NCBI GenBank assembly: GCA_963719495.1
Contig: CAVRCI010000013.1
Location: 64,001 to 128,000 of the forward strand
Length of the DNA: 64,000 bases
Direction: 5' to 3'
From: an uncultured Verrucomicrobiae bacterium
GTDB lineage: Bacteria; Verrucomicrobiota; Verrucomicrobiia; Chthoniobacterales; JAATET01
Shown: piece by piece, positions 1 to 9,211 of the stretch
How the letters are laid out: each line of letters begins with the position of its first letter
How positions within the stretch are numbered: position 1 is the first letter of the stretch
Translations under genes and position numbers: made by a program
The notes under the pieces: generated by a model
What the model saw: the letters and a program-made list of their open reading frames with translations, nothing else
The model's database searches: none
Told to the model about the DNA's origin: nothing

Positions 1-1754
1 TGCACGATCCCGGCAAAGGTTTCGATGGTGGCGGGATCCTCGAGGTTTCGACTTTGCGCCGTATGCGAGAGTGAATAATGCGCGTCGACGAGCGTGATGA
101 GCATGCGCCGACGCTCGGGCGAAAGCTGCAGGCGGCGGGCGACCTTGTGCGCGAGCATGGCGCTTTCGTCCTCGTGGTTCTGCGTGTTCGCCGCCTTGCC
201 GGTGTCGTGGAGGAGGATGGCGAGATAAAGAATCGAGGGGTCCTCGAGTTTTTGAAACAAGGACCGGTAGCCCGCGAAACGCTTTTCGTCGGAGAAGAGG
301 AGTTCGTCCAATTTCTCGATGCAGACGAGCGTGTGTTCGTCGGCGGTGTAGCGGTGGAAAAACTCGTGCTGCACAAGGCAGGTGAGCGCGCCGAACTCGG
401 GGATGTATTTCCCCAGCACGTCGAGGTCGTGCATGGACCGTAGGATCGGCCCGACCTCGCCCTTGTGCGACAGGATCGAGAGAAAAATCTCCCGCCCGAT
501 CCGCGAGTATTGAAACGTCCGATCGATCACGCGCGGGCGGCGGCGGATGAGGTCGGCGAGCTCCGGGCTGATGCGTAATTTCCGCGTCTGCGCGTATTGG
601 AAGACGCGCAGCATCCGAAACGGATCCTGGCGAAAAATCTCGCGGTTCTGCGCGTCGAGCTGACCCTGGCAACTCACGAATCCGTCGAATTCGTCGCGGT
701 GCGCCGGGAGTTGGAAGAACGACCGCAGGCCGGACGGCTTCGGGGTGGCGGCCTGCTGGAAGCGCTCGAGCGCGGCGATCGTGAATTGGTCGATGTCGCG
801 GGCGTGACTGTAGTAATCCCGCATGAACGCCTCGCAGCGCCGCAGGATCGTCTTCTGCGGATAGCGGAAAGCGGTGGCGATCTGACCCTGGAGCCGGAGC
901 GTCATCCCGTCGATCGCGCGCTCGTTCTGGTAGTGCATCTCGGTGCGCACGCGGAGGATGAAATCGTAGGCCTTGTCGAGTCGGCGGCGCTCGGTCGCCC
1001 GCAGGAATTCGCTCTCGGCCAGCTTCGCCATGCTGGGGATCCGCTCCTGGAAATTCGCGATCCAGAGCAGGTTCTGGTAATCGCGCAGGCCGCCCCGGCC
1101 GTTCTTCACGTTCGGCTCCTGCATGAAGATCGTGCGACCGTATTTCTCGCGGTTCTCGGCCTGGCTCGCCGTGCGCCACTCGACGTAGCGCGCCTCCTTG
1201 CCGGTCACGCACTCGCGCTCGAACCGGTCGCGGAATTCGTTGAAGATCGCGCGCTCGCCGGTGAGGAACCGACACTCGAGCATCGCGGTTTTCGTGAGCG
1301 GATCGCCGTTGGCCTGCTCGATCGCCTGCGGAACGGAGCGGGTCGAGTGACCAACCTTGAATCCGAGATCCCACAGCGCCGTGAGCGTCTGCCGGATCGT
1401 CCCTTCGAGGCTCGCGCTGGGCTTGCCGCGCGGGAGCAGGAACATGATGTCGACGTCGCTGAAGGGGTTCATTTCGCGTCGCCCGTAGCCGCCGAAAGCG
1501 ACGACGGCCACGCGGTCGGCGTCCGACGTCGTGAAGGTTTCGAAGAGTTCGCGGAAAAGGATGTCGACGAGATCACTGCGCTGACGCGCGACCTCGCGAC
1601 CGCCGCCCCCCGAGTTGTGCCACAGCCGTAAACGGTGCTCCTCGACCTTGCGAAATTTCCGGAAAATCCGCAGCCAGTCCTCCGGCTTTTTTTTCGCGAG
1701 GACGGCCAGGTCCTTCGCCGATTGGGCGAGAATGCGTTCGCGCTGCGGGATCAT
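1..1754 (-). CDS. glnD: [protein-PII] uridylyltransferase, partial (3' end runs off the window)
   Basis: Not in the ORF track. Translated by hand from ATG at 1754 (MIPQRERILAQ...). Contains the nucleotidyltransferase motif FGGYGRREMNPFSDVDIMFL and HD-region sequence (LHDTGK; SRNLEDPATIETF) at the window edge. Confidence 0.95.
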   Translation of the reverse strand, partial: MIPQRERILAQSAKDLAVLAKKKPEDWLRIFRKFRKVEEHRLRLWHNSGGGGREVARQRSDLVDILFRELFETFTTSDADRVAVVAFGGYGRREMNPFSDVDIMFLLPRGKPSASLEGTIRQTLTALWDLGFKVGHSTRSVPQAIEQANGDPLTKTAMLECRFLTGERAIFNEFRDRFERECVTGKEARYVEWRTASQAENREKYGRTIFMQEPNVKNGRGGLRDYQNLLWIANFQERIPSMAKLAESEFLRATERRRLDKAYDFILRVRTEMHYQNERAIDGMTLRLQGQIATAFRYPQKTILRRCEAFMRDYYSHARDIDQFTIAALERFQQAATPKPSGLRSFFQLPAHRDEFDGFVSCQGQLDAQNREIFRQDPFRMLRVFQYAQTRKLRISPELADLIRRRPRVIDRTFQYSRIGREIFLSILSHKGEVGPILRSMHDLDVLGKYIPEFGALTCLVQHEFFHRYTADEHTLVCIEKLDELLFSDEKRFAGYRSLFQKLEDPSILYLAILLHDTGKAANTQNHEDESAMLAHKVARRLQLSPERRRMLITLVDAHYSLSHTAQSRNLEDPATIETFAGIV

Positions 1755-2184
1755 GACGGGTGGAGAACGGAATCGGGCGGCATCGCGAAAGGGGCGTTAT
1801 ACCCAAAATTGCGCGATAACCAAACCGCGAAAGCCGGAAAACCCGGTCGTCCCGCAATCGCCGGAAGGGCCGCGTCCGCCGCGACTGATTCGCGGATCGC
1901 CGAAGCCTTTTTGCCGTCGCCGCCGGTGCGGGTATCAAGGCCACCCTCCGGCCCGCCGTGTTTGACCAGCGTGCGTCTTGGCCGATCCCTCACCTTTGGG
2001 GATCTTGGCGTTGCCCTGGCGGCCGAACGAGGAGACCGTCGACGTTCCGCCCGTTGGCTTGGTTGTCGTGACGATGACGATCGTCAGATCGTCTTCCGCC
2101 AAACCTCGCGCTTTCCTGAGAACGCGGTTGCCGTTCAGAGCATCGGCCGACGCCTGGGCGTGGTTTCAACGAAACCAATCGTGA

Positions 2185-2293
2185 CCGGAGGGCGAGGCTC
2201 CCGGCGAGCCGTGGCTTTTCGCGAGAACCGTCCGCTTTCTCGCTGGACTCCGATGCGATGCGATTACGGCTCGGCGGGAGCCTCGCCCTCCGG
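2185..2293. repeat. Inverted pair of GGAG-type REP-like elements (CCGGAGGGCGAGGCTCCCGCCGAGCCGT)
   Basis: 2185-2212 and 2266-2293 are near reverse complements. Related copies at ~13842, 24648-24714 (with an internal insertion) and ~31253-31273. Confidence 0.85.
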
Positions 2294-2318
2294 GTCTGGG
2301 TTTTCGCCTTGCGGCGTT

Positions 2319-3320
2319 TTAATTCGAGCCGCTGGCGCGGATGACGATCTCGACTCGGCGGTTGATTTGTTGCTCTTCGATGGAGCCGGACGACGGGGCG
2401 ATGAGGCGGGACGAGCCGTAGCCGCGCGTCTGGATGCGGCGTGGGTCGACGCCCATTTGCGCGACGAGCCAGCTTTTCACGGTATTTGCCCGGTCGTTGC
2501 TGAGCTGGCGGTTGTAGGCGTCGCCGCCGAAGGAATCCGTGTGGCCTTCGATGATGAAAGTGGCGTCGGCGTTGCGCTGCACGAGGAGGCCGAGTTTGCG
2601 GAGGCTGGCGAGCGCGCCGGGCTGGAGTTGGTAGCTGTTGTAATCGTAGAGCAGGTCGGCCGGCATCAGGATGGGCGCGGTCTCGTTGGTGAGTGGGCCG
2701 GTATCGGCGAGGAGGTCGTCGAGGTTGCTGAAACCGGGCGTCGTCGAGCCGGCGGACGCGCCTTCCGGGACGCGGACCGCGCCGGACGAGACACCCGGGG
2801 CGCTCAGCTCGAGCAGCGGCCGACCGGCGACTTCGGGCTTGATGGGAATGATGTCCTCGTTGAGCGAATCGAGGTTTTCGATCACGGAGCGGGCTCCGCT
2901 TTTTTCCGCGGACTCGATTGTGTTCGCCAGCGTCGTGGATTCGACCTTCGGCGTCTCGGCGAGCATGGGGTTGTCGAGGGCGGGCGCGGCCGGGGTGGCG
3001 CGGGCTTCGCCCATGAGCTGCTCGAAGGAGACGGAATCCTCGGGCGGTTTGACGGAGGACGGCGACGCGGCGGTCTGGATTTTTTCGTCGAGGGCGGGGT
3101 CGAGGAGGGCCGGGTCGATCTCGACGCGCTCGAGCTGGAATTTGAGGGGGACCATTTCCTCGTAGTAGGATTCGCTGAAAGGTTCGACGGGCACGGTGCG
3201 CGCCCACATGTAGAATCCAAGGTGAATGATCGCCGACATCAGCAGCGCGGGCAGGATCCAGCGGGCGAACCCGGTCGGCTCGTCGTCGAAGAGTTCGTAA
3301 TCGTCGGCGGTGTGATCCAT
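2319..3320 (-). CDS. OmpA/MotB-like peptidoglycan-binding domain protein with N-terminal membrane anchor
   Basis: C-terminal IEGHTDSFG...NRQLSNDRA...GYG...NRRVEIVI motif; hydrophobic segment near the N-terminus. Confidence 0.9.
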   Translation of the reverse strand: MDHTADDYELFDDEPTGFARWILPALLMSAIIHLGFYMWARTVPVEPFSESYYEEMVPLKFQLERVEIDPALLDPALDEKIQTAASPSSVKPPEDSVSFEQLMGEARATPAAPALDNPMLAETPKVESTTLANTIESAEKSGARSVIENLDSLNEDIIPIKPEVAGRPLLELSAPGVSSGAVRVPEGASAGSTTPGFSNLDDLLADTGPLTNETAPILMPADLLYDYNSYQLQPGALASLRKLGLLVQRNADATFIIEGHTDSFGGDAYNRQLSNDRANTVKSWLVAQMGVDPRRIQTRGYGSSRLIAPSSGSIEEQQINRRVEIVIRASGSN

Positions 3321-3399
3321 TGCTGCGGGGCAAACGGTATCGGCGAAGGGCGGGAATTCAATGCTGGAAAAGCCGACCCGTCGGCGTTAGCGGAGAGCG

Positions 3400-3882
3400 G
3401 TGCGCGTCGATCTCCCCGGATTATTCAAGAAACACGTCCGCTCGTTGCTCGAGCTGCGGGACACGCCCCACGCGATCGCGGGCGGCGTGGCGATCGGCGT
3501 TTTCTTCGGCTTCGTGCCGCTCTACGGTTTGAAGACGCTGCTTTGCCTACTGACGGCCTGGCTTGGGCGCTGCAGCAAACTGGCGGCCATCGTCGTGGTT
3601 TCCCTCTACGACGTTCTGGCCCCGGTGATCCCGGTGATGATGCGGCTGCAATACGACCTCGGCTTCTGGCTCCTGAGCCACCCGCACCGGTTCCCGGCGA
3701 AACTCGACGCGCACCACCTCGAACTCGAAGACATGGTGCATTGGACGACCTTTTTGGACGTCGGCTTCCCGCTGCTGGTCGGGGCCGTCGTGATCGCGGT
3801 GCCGTTCACGGTGGTGGCCTACGTGGTGACCTACGCGGTCGTCGCCCGGCGGTCGAACGGGCAGCTCTCGGCGACGGCGTAG
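3400..3882 (+). CDS. DUF2062 family membrane protein
   Basis: DTPHAIAGGVAIGVFFGFVP and LLVGAVVIA motifs typical of DUF2062. Confidence 0.8.
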   Translation: MRVDLPGLFKKHVRSLLELRDTPHAIAGGVAIGVFFGFVPLYGLKTLLCLLTAWLGRCSKLAAIVVVSLYDVLAPVIPVMMRLQYDLGFWLLSHPHRFPAKLDAHHLELEDMVHWTTFLDVGFPLLVGAVVIAVPFTVVAYVVTYAVVARRSNGQLSATA

Positions 3883-3893
3883 GAAATGCCTTT

Positions 3894-3995
3894 TTGGACA
3901 GAAGGCCGCGAAGGTCGCAAAGAATGAGAAGATTGAGGTCGACGCGAATGCGACTTCTTTCACCCCTTTGCGATCTTTGCGGCCTTCTGTTCGAA
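3894..3995. repeat. Inverted pair of 9-bp-period repeats (CAGAAGGCCGCGAAGGTCGCAAAG)
   Basis: 3894-3922 pairs with 3966-3995. Another copy of the right arm at 44021-44057. Confidence 0.8.
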
Positions 3996-4041
3996 CCGTA
4001 TTGCCTTCCCCCCGGCGGTTGGTAAGGTCCCCGCCCCGCTT

Positions 4042-4920
4042 ATGAGCCAGAAGAAACTCACCATCGGCCTGCCGTCCGGCAGCCTGTTCGACGCGACGAT
4101 GTCCCTGTTCGACAAAGCGGGTTACACGATCTCGGGCGCAAAACGTTCCTACAAACCCTCCGTCGACGATCCGGAGTTGGAAATCCGCCTCCTGCGCGCC
4201 CAGGAAATGAGCCGCTACGTCGAAGACGGGTTCCTCGATTGCGGGATCACCGGGAAGGATTGGGTCGCCGAGAACAACTCCGACGTCGAGGCCCTCTTCG
4301 AGCTTCCCTACAGCAAAGTGAGCGCAAATCCCACGCGCTGGGTGCTCGTGGTCCCCGAAGATTCACCGATTCAGTCCCCCGCCGACCTCGCGGGCAAACG
4401 CGTCGCGACGGAAGCCGTCGGGATCACGAAGAAATTTTTTGCCGACCAGGGCGTCGACGTAAAGGTCGAATTCTCCTGGGGCGCGACCGAGGTCAAGGTC
4501 CCCGATCTGGTGGACGCCATCGTCGACATCACCGAGACCGGCAATTCGCTGCGCGCGAACAAACTCCGCATCGTCGCGACGCTCATGGAGAGCTTCCCGG
4601 TCTTCATCGCCAACCACGCGGCCATCGCCGACGACTGGAAGAAAGAAAAGATGGCGACGCTGCAACTACTCCTCGATGGGGCGCTCACGGCGCGGGATTT
4701 GGTGGGTCTCAAAATGAACCTGCCCAAAGATTCGTTACAGAATTTACTTGAGGCCTTGCCCGCCCTGCGGAATCCTACAGTTTCGCCCCTGGCTCACGAG
4801 GGATGGGTGGCGGTCGAAACGGTGATCGATGAGAAGACCGTCCGGGAGATCATTCCGAAGCTCAAGGCTTTGGGTGCCGAAGGAATCATCGAGTATCCTC
4901 TCAACAAAGTGGTCTATTAA
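4042..4920 (+). CDS. hisG: ATP phosphoribosyltransferase (long form)
   Basis: [21 protein letters not shown]...[18 protein letters not shown] and the C-terminal PTVSPL...[11 protein letters not shown] regulatory domain. Confidence 0.97.
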   Translation: MSQKKLTIGLPSGSLFDATMSLFDKAGYTISGAKRSYKPSVDDPELEIRLLRAQEMSRYVEDGFLDCGITGKDWVAENNSDVEALFELPYSKVSANPTRWVLVVPEDSPIQSPADLAGKRVATEAVGITKKFFADQGVDVKVEFSWGATEVKVPDLVDAIVDITETGNSLRANKLRIVATLMESFPVFIANHAAIADDWKKEKMATLQLLLDGALTARDLVGLKMNLPKDSLQNLLEALPALRNPTVSPLAHEGWVAVETVIDEKTVREIIPKLKALGAEGIIEYPLNKVVY

Positions 4921-4931
4921 TCAGTATCTTC

Positions 4932-5036
4932 ATGGGTTCGCTCAAAAAAACTAGAAAGTCCAAGATTGCGAAGCACAAGCGTCGCAAGCGCATGAAAGCC
5001 AATCGCCACAAGAAGCGGTTGCGCTACAAGTCCTAA
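4932..5036 (+). CDS. Small basic protein, bS22/AURKAIP1/COX24 (mS38)-like
   Basis: Hand-translated 34 aa MGSLKKTRKSKIAKHKRRKRMKANRHKKRLRYKS; fits the MGSxxKKRRxxxxKHKxRK family pattern; below the ORF-track cutoff. Confidence 0.85.
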   Translation: MGSLKKTRKSKIAKHKRRKRMKANRHKKRLRYKS

Positions 5037-5053
5037 GGACTCAAGTTCCCGGG

Positions 5054-6829
5054 ATGAACGCGGGATCCACCCTTTCCCTGGCCTCGGGCGCATTGCGCCG
5101 GGCGGGACTCATCGGGTGCCTCCTCGTTCCGGCAACCCTCCGTTGCGCCGAGCCCGGCGTGTCCTCCGATTATTTGTTGGATGAGGGTCAGCGTGCCCCC
5201 GTCCAAGCGGAGTTGAGTTTCACGGCCGAGCGCCAGGCCGAAGCCATGGCCCGTTTCATCACGGGCATGTTCGAAGAGGAGACCTCCGGCCCCGAGGAGG
5301 CCCTCGAAGATTACCGGCGCGTTCTCACGATCGATCCGGGATTCACCCGACTGGCGATCGACGTCGCCTACGACTACCTGCGTCGCGGCGAATCCGCCGA
5401 GGCCATCGGCGTGCTCAAGGATGCCGTGAAGGCGAAGCCGGACGACGCGGCACCCGCGCTCGCGCTCTCGTCGATCTACCTGCGCCACCTCCGCAAGCCG
5501 GATTTCGCGACGAAATACGCCGAAGCCGCCGTGAAGGCCGCGCCCACCGACTTTGGCGGCTACGAGGCGCTGTGGGAGATCGGCCAATCGCAGGGTGACC
5601 GGGAATTGTCGATGAAGGCGCTGGCCCGCGCCGCCGAGAGTGGTAGCGAGGAGACGGCGTTCTGGACGTCGCTGGCGGAGTTTTACTCGTCGTCGACCGA
5701 CGGCGACGCTTTCGCGGACAGCGAACTTCGTCCGTTGATCGAGGCCAGTCTGGCGAACGCGATCGAGACCGCGGGCGACGACGGCTCGAAGCTCGTGCGG
5801 ATCGGGGATTTTTACCTCATCCATCAGCAATACGAACCCGCCGTCGGGATTTACCAGCAGGCCGAGGCCGAGAACCCGACACTGCCGAAGATTCAGGAAA
5901 AACTCGCCACCACGCTCATGGAAACGGGCCGCACCGACGAAGCCGTCCCGGTGCTGGAAAAGGTGATCCTCCGCAATCCGCTGGACCTCGCGGCCTACGA
6001 CCAACTCCGCCAGCTCTACATCGACCGCGAGGAGTATTCCAAAGCCCTCGCCTGCGTGGAGCAGGCCCTCATCATCGACAAGCAGAACGGCTTCCTCTAC
6101 GACCAACTCGTCAAGCTGCTGCTCATGACCGGCGATTTCGACCGCGCCGCCGACCGGCTCGCGGACGCCCGCAAACTCTTTCCGCAATCCGCGGCCTTCA
6201 CCTACCTGCACGCCCGGGCACTCAGTCTCGCGAAGCGGCACGACGAGGCGATGCGGACGTTCGAAGTCGCGCTGATCGAGGCGTCGGCGGGCGCGCCCGA
6301 ATTGATCGGACCGGAGTTCTATTTCGACTACGGCATCGCCGCCGAACAGGCCGGGCGCTACGCCAAAGCGGACGAACTGCTGAAAAAATCCATCGAGCTG
6401 GATCCGGACAACGCCGCCCTCGCCTACAACGCGCTCGGTTACATGTGGGTCGAGCGCGGCGAGAATCTCGACGAAGCCGAGCAGCTCATCCGCCGGGCGC
6501 TTTCCGCGGAGCCGGACAACGCGGCTTACATCGATAGTCTTGGATGGTTGTATTTCAAGAAGGGGCGATACGAGGACGCGCTCGAGAAGTTGCTGAAGGC
6601 TTCGAAAATGATCGAGCAGCCCGATCCGGTCGTCTTCGACCACGTCGCGGACGCCTACTTCGCCTTGGACCGGACCGCGGAAGCGATGCTCTACTGGAAA
6701 AAAGCGCTCGAACTCGATCCGGAGAACGAGGCGATCGTCACGAAGATCGACGGACTCACGGATACGATGGTGCGGCAGCCGCCGGTCGGCGGGCGCGTGC
6801 CAGGGTCGCGGCGGGACGGGAACCCGTAG
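5054..6829 (+). CDS. Tetratricopeptide-repeat protein, probably exported
   Basis: Multiple TPR units (AYNALGYMWVERGENLDEA...AAYIDSLGWLYFKKG); N-terminal signal-like segment. Confidence 0.9.
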   Translation: MNAGSTLSLASGALRRAGLIGCLLVPATLRCAEPGVSSDYLLDEGQRAPVQAELSFTAERQAEAMARFITGMFEEETSGPEEALEDYRRVLTIDPGFTRLAIDVAYDYLRRGESAEAIGVLKDAVKAKPDDAAPALALSSIYLRHLRKPDFATKYAEAAVKAAPTDFGGYEALWEIGQSQGDRELSMKALARAAESGSEETAFWTSLAEFYSSSTDGDAFADSELRPLIEASLANAIETAGDDGSKLVRIGDFYLIHQQYEPAVGIYQQAEAENPTLPKIQEKLATTLMETGRTDEAVPVLEKVILRNPLDLAAYDQLRQLYIDREEYSKALACVEQALIIDKQNGFLYDQLVKLLLMTGDFDRAADRLADARKLFPQSAAFTYLHARALSLAKRHDEAMRTFEVALIEASAGAPELIGPEFYFDYGIAAEQAGRYAKADELLKKSIELDPDNAALAYNALGYMWVERGENLDEAEQLIRRALSAEPDNAAYIDSLGWLYFKKGRYEDALEKLLKASKMIEQPDPVVFDHVADAYFALDRTAEAMLYWKKALELDPENEAIVTKIDGLTDTMVRQPPVGGRVPGSRRDGNP

Positions 6830-6831
6830 AA

Positions 6832-7293
6832 GATTTTCTCACGCAGAGCACCGGAGCCTGGGAAGGCTCGGGGCAGACTGCGTCGGCTCTGCGAGGCAGC
6901 CCGAAGGGCGAGAGGAGCGGGAGCGACCAAGTCAACCGGAGAGGCGCGGAGAATTTCAATCCAGTGGTCCGTGCCGCTTGGCGCGGTTCGCCGGGGAGCA
7001 TTCTGGCAGGCGAAGCCTGCTGATTCCCCCGCGCTGTCATCTTGAGCGAAGCGAAAGATCTCTGACTTTTTCAGCGGTGCGGGTTGCTCGGTCGCGGCGG
7101 GTGTAGAGTGTAAGCCAGAGATTCTTCGGATTACCTCAGAATGACAGGTTGGAGGATTGTGACGGCGGTGCCGTCTGGTGACACCCTCCGTGCGTTGCCT
7201 CGCTCGCTCCCGCTCGTCTCGCCCTTCGGGTCCCGCAGAGCCGGGAGCTGCCCCGGGCCTTCCCAGGCTCCGGTGCTCTGCGTGAGAAAAATC
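6832..7293. mobile_element. MITE-like composite element with ~110-bp imperfect terminal inverted repeats and an internal REP pair
   Basis: Left GATTTTCTCACGCAGAGCACCGGAGCCTGGGAAGGC... (6832-~6945) is the reverse complement of ~7180-7293. A TGTCAT-type REP pair is nested at 7034-7148. No transposase. Confidence 0.7.
7034..7148. repeat. TGTCAT-type REP-like inverted pair (TGTCATNNTGAGCGAAGCGAANNATCTCTG)
   Basis: Same unit at 43911, 45318, 47550-47648 (pair) and 53121. Confidence 0.85.
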
Positions 7294-8173
7294 ACCCCAC
7301 GAACTCGAGCTCGATCGGCTGGGGGATCAATCCCGCCTGGTAGCCTTCGTCGAGGAACTGCCGGATCGCCTTTTTTCCGGCGTCGCCGTAGTCGAGCGTG
7401 TAGTCGTTCACATACATGCCGATAAATTCGTCCGCGAGCGGGTTGTCCATCCCGCGGGCGTGCGCCATGCTGTGTTCCACGGCGACGGCGCGGTTTTCCA
7501 GTCCGTAGCGGATGCTCTCGTGCAGGATCTCGGAGAGCTCGTGCTGAATCTCGGCCGGGATGTCCTTCCGGATCATGTTGCCGCCGAGTGGGAGCGGGAG
7601 GCCAGTGCGGCCCTTCCACCATTCGCCGAGGTCGACGACTTTGTCGAAGCCGTCGCGCGAGTAGGTCAGCTGACCCTCGTGAATGATGACGCCGGCGTCG
7701 ACGGCCCCGCCACGGACGGCGGCAAAAATCTCGTCGAACGGGACGACCTGGTAATTGGTCATTTTCTCGCCGAGGAAGAGCTGGGCGGAGAGGAAGGCGC
7801 TCGTCATCTCGCCGGGAATGGCGATCCGCTTGGTTTTCAGCCATTCGCGGCGCTCGTCGAGGGTCGCGGAATCGTCCGGACCCTGGCCGTGATTCACGAC
7901 GAACATCGGGCCGTAGCCGTCGCCCATCGACGCGCCGCTCGAGAGCAGCGCGTAGCGGTCGAGGACGTAGGCGAGCGAGTGGATCGAGACGGCTGTGATG
8001 TGGAGCTCGCCGCGGGTCGCGCGCTCGTTGAGCGTCTGGATATCCTGGAGGATGTGCTCGAAGCGGTAGCCGCGCAGGTCGATCTTCTCCGCCGCCATGG
8101 CGTAGAACATGAAGGCGTCGTCGGGATCGGGCGAGTGGCCCAAGGTCAGCGGTGTGGATTTCCAATCGGTCAT
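7292..8173 (-). CDS. mqnD: 1,4-dihydroxy-6-naphthoate synthase (futalosine menaquinone pathway)
   Basis: LGHSPDPDDAFMFYA, DIQTLN, GASMGDGYGP, IIHEGQLTY, LPLPLGGN and MYVND motifs. Confidence 0.93.
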   Translation of the reverse strand: MTDWKSTPLTLGHSPDPDDAFMFYAMAAEKIDLRGYRFEHILQDIQTLNERATRGELHITAVSIHSLAYVLDRYALLSSGASMGDGYGPMFVVNHGQGPDDSATLDERREWLKTKRIAIPGEMTSAFLSAQLFLGEKMTNYQVVPFDEIFAAVRGGAVDAGVIIHEGQLTYSRDGFDKVVDLGEWWKGRTGLPLPLGGNMIRKDIPAEIQHELSEILHESIRYGLENRAVAVEHSMAHARGMDNPLADEFIGMYVNDYTLDYGDAGKKAIRQFLDEGYQAGLIPQPIELEFVG

Positions 8174-8188
8174 GGTGCGCGTGTTTTC

Positions 8189-8220
8189 TGACAGGATTTA
8201 CAAGATTTGCAGGATTTTTC
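8189..8220. repeat. 9-bp-period CAGGATT(T/C)A repeat
   Basis: GACAGGATTTACAAGATTTGCAGGATTT; related copies at 21214-21250, 36204-36306 (inverted pair) and 62207-62340 (inverted pair). Confidence 0.75.
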
Positions 8221-9211
8221 AGGAAACCCGGCAGATGTCCCGGATGAGATCCGGCCCGTGGTATACGAAACCAGTGTAGATTTGGACGAGATCGGCGCCG
8301 GCTTCGAGGCGCTCGGCGGCGTCCTCGGCGGTCATGATGCCGCCGGAGGCGATGATCGGGAGATCGGTGCGGGCGCGGAGTTCGGCGAAGACGGCTTGGG
8401 ATTTCGCGGTGATCGGCGCGCCGCTCAGGCCGCCGGTTTCGTCGCGGTCGGTTGGGAGGGCGCTGTGGTCGAGGGACGTGTTCGTGGCGACGAAGCCGGA
8501 GATGCCGGGGACGTCGACGAGCGGGTCGAGCTGGCCGGAGTCGAGGTCGGGCGCGAGCTTCACGAAGATTGGCTTGGTCGCGTCGACGGCCCGGAGCGCG
8601 TCCATGATCGCGCGGAGCGAGTCGACGTGCTGAAGGTCGCGGAGGCCGGGCGTGTTCGGCGAACTGACGTTGACGACGAAGTAGTCGCCGAATTCGCCGA
8701 GCGCCTCGAAGCTCTCGCGGTAGTCGGCGGGGGCGTCGGCGAGTTCGGTGACTTTGGACTTCCCGATATTGACGCCGACCGGGACGCCAGGCCAGCGACC
8801 GCTGTCGCGGAGGCGGGCGAGCCGGTCGGCGATGGCGGCGGCTCCGTCGTTGTTGAATCCGAAGCGGTTCACGAGCGCGTCGAGTTCGGGGTAGCGGAAG
8901 AGGCGGGGCTTGGGATTGCCGGGCTGGGGGCGGGCCGTGATGGTGCCGACTTCGATGAAGCCGAAGCCGAGCGCCTCCCACGCGGGGAGCGCGATGGCGT
9001 TTTTGTCCATGCCCGCGGCGAGACCGACGGGGTTGGGAAATTGGATGCCCGCCACTCGGCGGGCGGCCCTCGGGGCGCCGCCGCCGAAGGTCGCGCGGAG
9101 GAGTCCGGGCGTGCGCCCACCCGCCCGGAGGCCGGCGAGCGCGAGGTGGTGGGCGGTCTCGGCGTCGAACCGGAAGAGGATCGGCTTGAGGAGGTCGGCG
9201 TAGAAATTCAT
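8219..9211 (-). CDS. pyrD: Quinone-dependent dihydroorotate dehydrogenase
   Basis: NPVGLAAGMDKN, EVGTITARPQPGNPKPRLFR, NVSSPNTPGLRDLQ, GGLSG. Start placed at ATG 9211, overlapping the mnmE stop (ATGA). Confidence 0.96.
   Translation of the reverse strand: MNFYADLLKPILFRFDAETAHHLALAGLRAGGRTPGLLRATFGGGAPRAARRVAGIQFPNPVGLAAGMDKNAIALPAWEALGFGFIEVGTITARPQPGNPKPRLFRYPELDALVNRFGFNNDGAAAIADRLARLRDSGRWPGVPVGVNIGKSKVTELADAPADYRESFEALGEFGDYFVVNVSSPNTPGLRDLQHVDSLRAIMDALRAVDATKPIFVKLAPDLDSGQLDPLVDVPGISGFVATNTSLDHSALPTDRDETGGLSGAPITAKSQAVFAELRARTDLPIIASGGIMTAEDAAERLEAGADLVQIYTGFVYHGPDLIRDICRVS

Noticed and set aside
1936..2166. Open minus-strand frame upstream of glnD (…ADALNGNRVLRKARGLAEDDLTIVIV…)
   Set aside because: No convincing start after the upstream stop and no recognisable family; at most a remnant.
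78..4025. Long + strand ORFs (78-443, 597-1631, 1635-4025) and many similar antisense or alternate-frame ORFs across the window
   Set aside because: Shadow frames of well-supported genes in high-GC DNA; no recognisable motifs.
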